DNA of 64,000 nucleotides, taken from NCBI GenBank assembly GCA_038060895.1, contig JBBTCT010000022.1:96001-160000 (forward strand), read 5' to 3'. The notes beneath the pieces are model-generated. The model searched no databases, was not told the origin of the DNA, and saw only the letters and a list, made by a program, of their open reading frames with translations. A program made the translations under genes and the position numbers. Below are positions 57,172-64,000 of the stretch, piece by piece (position 1 is the stretch's first letter; every line of letters begins with the position of its first letter). Source of the DNA: Planctomycetota bacterium (lineage in GTDB: Bacteria; Planctomycetota; MHYJ01; WSZJ01).

Positions 57172-58548
57172 GTGATTTCCGCCGAGACGAGCTACCTGTT
57201 CCGGCACGCGCTGCTGCGCGACGCCGCTTACCACCTGCACCTCCCCGGCGACCGCGCCCGGCTTCACCGGCTGGCACTGGAGGCGATTGAAGCCCTGGCC
57301 GGCGGCCGGGCGCCGGAGGGTGACGGGGCGCACCCGACGGACGCGTTCGCAGAGGAGCTGGCCGGACACGCCGCGGGCGCGGGGGAGGAGATGAGGGAGG
57401 TCGAAAAGCGCTACCTCGCCCGCGGGGCGCGGCACGCCTCGCGCCAGAACCGCGACGACGCAGCCGAGCGTCTCTGGCGCCGCCACGCCGGCCTGTCGGC
57501 GGGCGCCGAGCGCGGCGACTCGCTCGGACGCGCCGGGTCCGCCGCGGGAAACGCGGGGCGGCAGAAGGCCGCCCTGGCGCTCTTCGAAGAGGCGCTCGTC
57601 CTGCAACAGGCCTCCGGCGACCGGGTGCGCGAAGCCCAGGCCCTGGGCAATCTAGCTTCCGCGACACTCGACTTCGGCGACGTGGACGAGTCGCTGCGCC
57701 GGTTCGAGCAGGCCCTCGCTCTTCACCGCGCCGCCGGCGACCGCTCCGGAGAAAGCGTGACCCTGAACGGCCTTGCGATCCTGCTGCGCAACACCGGCCG
57801 ACTCCCCGAGGCCGAGCGCGCTTTCGAGGAGATCCTCGCCTCAAACCGCGCCGCCGGCGACCTCCACCGCGAGGCCGCATCGTTCGGTAACCTCGGCGCC
57901 GTCTACACCGAGACCGGCCGTGCTGAGAAGGCCCGCGAAGCCTTTTCACGGGCCCTGGACAATTTCCGCAGTCTAGGGGAACGCCGCCATGTAGCCATTG
58001 CGGAAGCGAACCTCGCCACGATCGACAGCGTCGCCGGCCGGCTCGACGACGCCGAGAAACACTTCAAGTCGGCCCTGGCCACTCACCACGACCTGGGCAA
58101 CCGGCGATCCGAGGGGATCCTCCTCACAAACCTCGGAGCGCACTACGCCAACAACGGCCGACCCGTCGAAGCGGAGAGCGCGCTCGACTCCGCCCTCGCT
58201 CTTCACCGCGAAACCGACAACCTCCGGTACGAGGCCGCCACTCTCGGCAATCTCGCGATCCTGCGGCGGGATGCGGGGAGGCTCGACGAAGCGCTCGCGG
58301 TGGTGGACGAGGCGCTGTTTCTGCACCGCCAGTTCCGGAACCGGCGCTACGAGGGGATTGTGCTCTGCGACCGTTCGTCGATCCACCTTGCAGCGGGGCG
58401 GATCGAGTCGGCGTGCAAGGACTGGAAGGACGGGGTGGCGCTGCTGCGCGAGGTCGGCGACACCGGGAGCCTCGAACGCAAAACGGTGGCGATGCGCGAA
58501 GCGTGCGCGGCGGCGGGGGTGACGGCTCTGGATGCAGCCTCTCCGTGA
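57172..58548 (+). CDS. Tetratricopeptide repeat protein
   Basis: Repeated EA..LGNL(A/G) TPR units; starts with YLFRHALLRDAAY. Confidence 0.85.
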   Translation: MISAETSYLFRHALLRDAAYHLHLPGDRARLHRLALEAIEALAGGRAPEGDGAHPTDAFAEELAGHAAGAGEEMREVEKRYLARGARHASRQNRDDAAERLWRRHAGLSAGAERGDSLGRAGSAAGNAGRQKAALALFEEALVLQQASGDRVREAQALGNLASATLDFGDVDESLRRFEQALALHRAAGDRSGESVTLNGLAILLRNTGRLPEAERAFEEILASNRAAGDLHREAASFGNLGAVYTETGRAEKAREAFSRALDNFRSLGERRHVAIAEANLATIDSVAGRLDDAEKHFKSALATHHDLGNRRSEGILLTNLGAHYANNGRPVEAESALDSALALHRETDNLRYEAATLGNLAILRRDAGRLDEALAVVDEALFLHRQFRNRRYEGIVLCDRSSIHLAAGRIESACKDWKDGVALLREVGDTGSLERKTVAMREACAAAGVTALDAASP

Positions 58549-58562
58549 CCGCCGAAAATCCG

Positions 58563-58859
58563 CTACCCGCCTGCGAGCGCCCCGATGATGTAGTACGCCT
58601 CAACCCCGCGGGCCACTGCTTCAGGCAGCGGCGCGTCGATCGGCTCGTCGCTCAGGTCCTTCTCGCACGCGAAGAATCGCAGGAACGCCCGGCGTAGCTT
58701 CGTCGAGTGGTCCCGAATTGTCCCCGCGAGCATGGGGTACTTCGCCTCGAGCGCGTCGAAGACCCGGCGCTGCGTGACCGGGGCCTCGACTTCGAGAGCG
58801 ACTTCCATGCCGACCTTTGCCAGGGTGCGAAGGTGCTGCGGCAGCGCGACGCGGATCAC
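58563..58859 (-). CDS. MoaD/ThiS ubiquitin-like protein
   Basis: [24 protein letters not shown]; ends in GALAGG. Confidence 0.88.
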   Translation of the reverse strand: MIRVALPQHLRTLAKVGMEVALEVEAPVTQRRVFDALEAKYPMLAGTIRDHSTKLRRAFLRFFACEKDLSDEPIDAPLPEAVARGVEAYYIIGALAGG

Positions 58860-59971
58860 TTGAGCGTCTGCACTTCCACGGAGACGACCGACGGCAGGTT
58901 CTGGACGATCGGGCGCCAGTTGTCTCCTCCGTCCGGCGAGACGTAGACCTGGCCGCCGGTGGTGCCGAAGTAGATGCCGGCCTCGTCGAGCGAGTCGGTG
59001 GAGAAGGCGTCGCGCAGGACGTTCATGTAGTTGTTGGCCTGCGGGAGCCCCTTGCCGAGCGCTTCCCATTCGTTGCCGCCGACCTTGCTCCGGTAAACGC
59101 GCATCTTGCCTTCGGGGGTGTAGTGCTCGGAGTCGGAGAGAATCGGCACGACGTACACCGTGTTGGGCTCGTGCGGGTGCACGGCGATGGGGAAGCCGAA
59201 GTCGCTCGGCAGGTTGCCGCTGATGATGCGCCAGTTGTCGCCGCCGTCGTCGGAGCGGCAGACGTTCCAGTGGAGCTGGAGGAAGAGCGTCTTTGGCTTC
59301 GACTTGTGCATGGCGATCTTGTGGACGCAGAAGCCGACGGTGGCCTTGGGGTCGGGGATGTACTTGGAAGTGAGGCCGTTGTTGCTGGGCCTCCACGTTT
59401 TCCCTCCGTCCTCGGTGCGGAAACACCCCGCGGCCGAGATCGCGATCCACATTTTCTTCGAGTCGGCCGGGTCGAACAGGACGGTGTGGAGGCACATGCC
59501 GCCGGCGGACGGCATCCAACCCGACGACGACGGGTGGTTGCGCAGCCCCGCGAGTTCGCTCCAGTTCTTGCCGCCGTCGGTCGATTTAAAGAGCGCCGCG
59601 TCCTCGACGCCCGCGTAGACGGTGTCGGCGTCCTTCGGGTCGGGCTCGACGTGCCAGACGCGTTTAAAAGCCCACGGCTTGTCTGAGCCGTCGTAGTACT
59701 TGTGCGTCCCGGTCGGGCCGTCGTACTCGAATTTGTTGCCGACCGCTTCCCAGGTCTTGCCGCCGTCGCTCGAGCGCTGCATGACCTGCCCGAACCAGGC
59801 ACTGGTCTGTGAAGCGTAAATCCGGTTCGGATCCACGGGGGAGCCCTTGAGGTGGTAAAGCTCCCAGCCGCCGAAGAGCGGGCCCTGGACGTCCCACTTT
59901 TCGCGTTTGGCGTCGGAAGTGAGAATGAAGGCGCCTTTGCGGGTGCCGACGAGGACGCGGACGTGGCTCAT
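58856..59971 (-). CDS. BNR/Asp-box beta-propeller (sialidase-like) protein
   Basis: VGTRKGAF and repeated S.DGG..W Asp-boxes. Confidence 0.88.
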   Translation of the reverse strand: MSHVRVLVGTRKGAFILTSDAKREKWDVQGPLFGGWELYHLKGSPVDPNRIYASQTSAWFGQVMQRSSDGGKTWEAVGNKFEYDGPTGTHKYYDGSDKPWAFKRVWHVEPDPKDADTVYAGVEDAALFKSTDGGKNWSELAGLRNHPSSSGWMPSAGGMCLHTVLFDPADSKKMWIAISAAGCFRTEDGGKTWRPSNNGLTSKYIPDPKATVGFCVHKIAMHKSKPKTLFLQLHWNVCRSDDGGDNWRIISGNLPSDFGFPIAVHPHEPNTVYVVPILSDSEHYTPEGKMRVYRSKVGGNEWEALGKGLPQANNYMNVLRDAFSTDSLDEAGIYFGTTGGQVYVSPDGGDNWRPIVQNLPSVVSVEVQTLK

Positions 59972-60081
59972 GGGGGCTCCTGGGGATGTGGTGGAAGGGA
60001 GGTTGTACTAGAAGTTGCGGGGGCGGAAAAGATCTCGGGCTCTGTGGAGGGGGAGAGGTCATGACCTCACTCCGGGGAGTG

Positions 60082-60216
60082 AAAACGGCAGGGGCCAGGG
60101 CAGGATCGGGTTGGGGATTGGGGGGGCTGGGGCTTGGGATGGGGATAGGGCGTCGTAAAAGGAGCGCCCCATCCCCCCCCGGCCCAAACCCGGCGTTCCC
60201 CATCCCCTGCCGTTTT
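60082..60216. repeat. G-rich/C-rich inverted element with 13-bp terminal IR
   Basis: AAAACGGCAGGGG ... CCCCTGCCGTTTT, with GGGGATT-like units inside. Confidence 0.55.
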
Positions 60217-60254
60217 TCCATTCCGAACCAAAGCGCTCCCACTTCCGTTACCTC

Positions 60255-60282
60255 TTGATAGCACGCGACTTGCCCCTATAAT
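60255..60282 (+). promoter_or_regulatory. Putative sigma70 promoter for the GT2 gene
   Basis: TTGATA-N16-TATAAT. Confidence 0.6.
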
Positions 60283-60314
60283 CTCGCGCCTTCTCGAGGA
60301 ACATCCCCCCCACC

Positions 60315-61835
60315 ATGAACGACGTCCTCAACATCATCGTCGTCTCGCTCTACTTCGCCGTCCTCGGCGTCCTGTCCGTCTGCGGATTCCACCGCTACGC
60401 CATGGTCTGGCTGTACTACCGCCACAAGGAAGAAACCCCGCGCCCGCGCGTGTTCTTCAAGGAACTCCCGGCGGTCACCGTCCAGCTCCCCATCTACAAC
60501 GAGATGTACGTCGCAGACCGCCTGATCGACGCCGTCTGCAAACTCGACTACCCGCGCGAGAGACTCGAAATCCAGGTTCTCGACGACTCCACCGACGAGA
60601 CCGTCGAAATCGCGCGCAAGAAAGTTGCCGAGAAGCGCGCCGAGGGATTCGACATTCACTTCATCCACCGCACCGACCGCACGGGCTACAAGGCCGGGGC
60701 CCTCGAGAACGGCCTCCGCCATACGAAGAACGAGTACATCGCCGTGTTCGACGCCGATTTCCTCCCGCGCAAGGACTTCCTCCAGGAAACCATCCACTTC
60801 TTCGCCAACCCGAAGATCGGCATGGTCCAGGCCCGCTGGGAGCACATCAACCGCGACTGGTCCCTTCTCACGAAGATCCAGGCCATCATGCTCGACGCCC
60901 ACTTCGTCATCGAACACACCGCGCGCAACCGCTCGGGCCGCTTCTTCAATTTCAACGGCACCGCCGGCATGTGGCGCAAGCAGGCGATCGCCGAGGGCGG
61001 CGGCTGGCAGCACGACACGCTGACCGAAGATCTCGACCTGTCGTACCGCGCGCAGCTCAAGGGCTGGGAATTCGTCTACCTCAAGGACCTCGCTTCGCCC
61101 TCCGAACTCCCTGGCGACATCAACGCGTTCAAGACGCAGCAGCACCGCTGGGCCAAGGGCGGCGTCCAGACCGCGCTCAAACTGCTGCCGACGATCTGGG
61201 CCTCGAAGGTGCCGTTCAAGGTCAAGATGGAAGCCACCCAGCACCTCGGGAACTACGTCTCGTTCCTCGGCATGGTCCTCGTCTGCCTCCTCATCCTCCC
61301 GTCGATGATCGCGCGCCGCGAGATGGGCTGGCTGCAGGACCTCAAGTGGGCCGACGCGATCGTCCTCATGGGCGCGTTCGTCTCCGTCCTCTTCTACTAC
61401 GGCTCCTCGCAGATCGAGCTCGGCAAGGGCTGGGCGAAGCGCTTCCTCATGTTCCCCCTCATGCTCGCCGTCGGCGTCGGGATGTGCCTGAACAACGCCA
61501 AGGCGGTGCTGGAAGCGCTGATGGGGCACCAGACCGGATTCGTGCGGACGCCGAAGCACGGGCTGGCGACGAAGGGGAGTTCGCTTGCGGGGAAGAAGTA
61601 CCGCACGAGCTGGAGCGTGCTGGCGGTGGTGGAGCTGACGTTCGCGGTGTACTTCACCTTCGTGTGCGGATTCGCGTACCAGTTCGAGATGTACGCTTCG
61701 CTGCCGTTCCTCGCGCTGTTCCCGATCGGGTTCTACTACATCGCGGGGTTGAGTTTCGCGCAGGCGTTCGCGGCGAAGCCGAGGGCGGTTGCTGCCGCGG
61801 TGCCCGTCGTCGAAAGAGAGAGAGTCAGCCTGTAG
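60315..61835 (+). CDS. Family 2 processive glycosyltransferase (cellulose-synthase-like)
   Basis: VQLPIYNE, VLDDSTD, GYKAGAL, FDADF, TEDLD, QQHRW, C-terminal TMs. Confidence 0.93.
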   Translation: MNDVLNIIVVSLYFAVLGVLSVCGFHRYAMVWLYYRHKEETPRPRVFFKELPAVTVQLPIYNEMYVADRLIDAVCKLDYPRERLEIQVLDDSTDETVEIARKKVAEKRAEGFDIHFIHRTDRTGYKAGALENGLRHTKNEYIAVFDADFLPRKDFLQETIHFFANPKIGMVQARWEHINRDWSLLTKIQAIMLDAHFVIEHTARNRSGRFFNFNGTAGMWRKQAIAEGGGWQHDTLTEDLDLSYRAQLKGWEFVYLKDLASPSELPGDINAFKTQQHRWAKGGVQTALKLLPTIWASKVPFKVKMEATQHLGNYVSFLGMVLVCLLILPSMIARREMGWLQDLKWADAIVLMGAFVSVLFYYGSSQIELGKGWAKRFLMFPLMLAVGVGMCLNNAKAVLEALMGHQTGFVRTPKHGLATKGSSLAGKKYRTSWSVLAVVELTFAVYFTFVCGFAYQFEMYASLPFLALFPIGFYYIAGLSFAQAFAAKPRAVAAAVPVVERERVSL

Positions 61836-61843
61836 AAAAAGGG

Positions 61844-61936
61844 CAACAACGAAAGTAAAAACGAAAAGCGAAAATCCCCGCAGATTCCGATGATTTGCTT
61901 TTCGTTTTTTGTTTTTCGTTTTTTCTTTCGTTGTTG
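61844..61936. repeat. Inverted heptamer-repeat element (AAAACGA family)
   Basis: CAACAACGAAAG..AAAACGAAAAGCGAAAA ... TTTTCGTTTTT..CTTTCGTTGTTG; 12-bp perfect termini. Confidence 0.75.
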
Positions 61937-61953
61937 TCTTTCTTCTGCGCCGC

Positions 61954-62691
61954 CTGACAATCACTCCTCTGGATCCCACCGCCCCCATCGTCTCCCTCCG
62001 CTCCCTCACGCGCGTCTACCGCATGGGCGACACGCTGGTCACGGCCCTCGACCGCCTGGACCTCGACATCGCCCGCGGCGCCTTCTTCGGCGTCGTCGGC
62101 CGCTCAGGCAGCGGCAAGTCCACGTTCCTGAACCTGCTCGGCGGCCTCGACACGCCGACGGCGGGAACGATCGAAGTCGACGGACTCAAAGTCACAGGCG
62201 CTTCGCAGGACTCGCTCGCCTCCTACCGCCGCGACAAGGTCGGCTTCATCTTCCAGCAGTTCAACCTCATCCAGTCCCAGACGGCGCTTCAGAACGTCGA
62301 GATGCCCCTCGTCTTCGCCAACGTCGCGCCGGCGGAGCGAAGAAAACGCGCCGAAGAGCTTCTCGACCGAGTCGGGCTCGGCCCGCGCCGCAAGCACCGC
62401 CCCGTCGAGCTCTCCGGCGGCGAGCAGCAGCGCGTCGCGATCGCCCGCTCCCTTGCCAACCGCCCCGCGATCCTCCTCGCCGACGAACCCACCGGCAACC
62501 TCGACAGCGCGACCGCCGCTTCCGTCACCGAACTCCTCAAGCAGATGAACCGCGACGGCCAGACGATCATCCTTGTCACGCACGACCGCCCGATGGCCGA
62601 AGCCGTCTGCAGCCGCTTTATCGAGCTCAAGGACGGCCGCGTCCTCTCGGATTCAGCCACGCCAACCCCCCAGCCCGCGGCAGGAGCCTGA
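61954..62691 (+). CDS. ABC transporter ATPase (LolD/MacB-type); start uncertain
   Basis: [40 protein letters not shown]. Confidence 0.9.
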   Translation: MTITPLDPTAPIVSLRSLTRVYRMGDTLVTALDRLDLDIARGAFFGVVGRSGSGKSTFLNLLGGLDTPTAGTIEVDGLKVTGASQDSLASYRRDKVGFIFQQFNLIQSQTALQNVEMPLVFANVAPAERRKRAEELLDRVGLGPRRKHRPVELSGGEQQRVAIARSLANRPAILLADEPTGNLDSATAASVTELLKQMNRDGQTIILVTHDRPMAEAVCSRFIELKDGRVLSDSATPTPQPAAGA

Positions 62692-62692
62692 C

Positions 62693-64000
62693 ATGCGCGT
62701 TGCCGACATGTTCCGATACTCGTTCGGCAATCTCGCGCGGCAGAAACTCCGCAGCTTCCTCACCGTCTTCGGCGTCATCGTCGGCACTTCGGCGATCACC
62801 CTCATGGTCTCGCTCGGGATCGGGCTGCAGAAACAGACCGTCGAGTTCTTCAACAGCGTCGATTTCCTGACGTCGGTGCAGGTGTTTCCGCAGAAGCGCA
62901 ACACGTCGCTCATGAACTTCGGCCGGCCGATCGCGGGCGGTGCGACGATGAAGCTGGACGACGGGACGGTCGAGGAGTTCAAGAAGATCCCGGGCGTGCT
63001 CACGGCCTACCCGACGCTCGACTTCGGCGGCAACCTGACGGTCGAGCGGACGGTCGACGGAAAGAAGAAGGCGACCACGGGCCGCTTCGTGCAGTTCGTC
63101 GGCATCCCCCAGGCCGCAATCATGCCGATGTACCGCGACAAGACGCTCGCGGGGGCGTTCTGGACCGAGGAGTCGCCGGGCGAAAACATCGCCGTCGTCC
63201 CCGCCGACGTGCTTCATGACATGGGACTCGGGCCGCCGCTTCCGGGGCATGAAAAGGAGGGGGAGACGGCGGCCTTGAAGGGCGACCCGCGTTGGAAGGA
63301 GCTGCTGGGGATGGAAGTGAAGCTCCAGTTTTCGGTGGTGGTGCAGAACGGGGAGCCGGCGCCGAAGGAGGAAGAGAAGGAAGGGGAGGATGGGGTGAAG
63401 GAAGACCCGCCGGAGAAGGAGATCATGACGAAGCGGGTGACCCGGCGATACCGGATCGTGGGCGTCTACGATTCGGCGGACATCGGGCTTCCGATGGCGC
63501 CGCTCGTTTTCATTCCGCTGGACCAGGGGAAGGAAATCCTGAAGCTGAGAGCTCCGCGGTCCTCCGCGGCGCCGGAATCGACCTACCGCTCGATTACGGT
63601 CAAGGTGAAGGACGCGTCGCTCACGGACCAGGTGCAGCGCGAGATTGACGGGCGCGGCTACGGGACGATGACGATCCAGGACGTGGTGCAGGTGATCGGC
63701 TACGTCTTCATCACGCTCAAGGCGGTCCTGGGCGCGGTGGCCTCGATCGGCCTGATCGTGGCGTTCTTCGGCATCGCCAACACGATGATCATGGCGATTC
63801 TCGAGCGCACGCGCGAAATCGGGGTCATGAAGGCGCTCGGCGCGCGCAACGCGGAGATCCGGAGGATGTTCGTCATGGAAGCGGCCGCGATCGGCGGACT
63901 CGGCGCGCTCTGTGGCATTGCGGGCGGCTGGGCGTTCGGCAAAGGGCTCAACGCGCTGGCAGCGTGGTTCGTGGAGAAGCGCGGCGGGCCGGAAGGAGTT
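62693..64000 (+). CDS. MacB/FtsX-like ABC permease (runs off the window end)
   Basis: MRVADMFRYSFGNLARQKLRSFLTVFGVIVG..; GIANTMIMAILERTREIGVMKALGA. Confidence 0.92.
   Translation, partial: MRVADMFRYSFGNLARQKLRSFLTVFGVIVGTSAITLMVSLGIGLQKQTVEFFNSVDFLTSVQVFPQKRNTSLMNFGRPIAGGATMKLDDGTVEEFKKIPGVLTAYPTLDFGGNLTVERTVDGKKKATTGRFVQFVGIPQAAIMPMYRDKTLAGAFWTEESPGENIAVVPADVLHDMGLGPPLPGHEKEGETAALKGDPRWKELLGMEVKLQFSVVVQNGEPAPKEEEKEGEDGVKEDPPEKEIMTKRVTRRYRIVGVYDSADIGLPMAPLVFIPLDQGKEILKLRAPRSSAAPESTYRSITVKVKDASLTDQVQREIDGRGYGTMTIQDVVQVIGYVFITLKAVLGAVASIGLIVAFFGIANTMIMAILERTREIGVMKALGARNAEIRRMFVMEAAAIGGLGALCGIAGGWAFGKGLNALAAWFVEKRGGPEGV

Noticed and set aside
55262-57949. 895-aa minus-strand ORF
   Set aside because: Arg/Gly-rich shadow over the aldehyde dehydrogenase and TPR genes.

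Overview
A high-GC bacterial chromosomal window, probably Planctomycetota/PVC (inferred from planctomycete-type cytochrome c domains, a DUF1800/DUF1501 pair, HEAT proteins and Ser/Thr kinases). The main candidate for an undescribed system is a translationally coupled 9-gene operon at 757-11683. It encodes a beta-propeller/di-heme-peroxidase fusion (HzsBC-like architecture), ApbE, a 1085-aa multiheme HzsA-like protein, a pentaheme cytochrome c and a reduced Rnf module (RnfC, G, D plus cysteine-free E/A remnants, no RnfB), and it sits downstream of an AT-rich palindromic operator. The second candidate is a set of intergenic hairpin elements built from 7-nt tandem repeats (at least three sequence families). 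One family flanks a four-helix-bundle gene and supplies its -10 box, and an empty copy of the same element lies 4 kb away. The rest is mostly housekeeping: two PknD-like kinases around a lower-GC insert, an amino-acid ABC transporter, korAB, tRNA-Ser(GCT) between long hairpins, a polyferredoxin, aceE, dcd, folE with two PTPS genes and an SDR, an aldehyde dehydrogenase, a BNR/MoaD pair, a GT2 and a MacB-like ABC transporter. All family assignments come from reading motifs by eye; no database searches were run.
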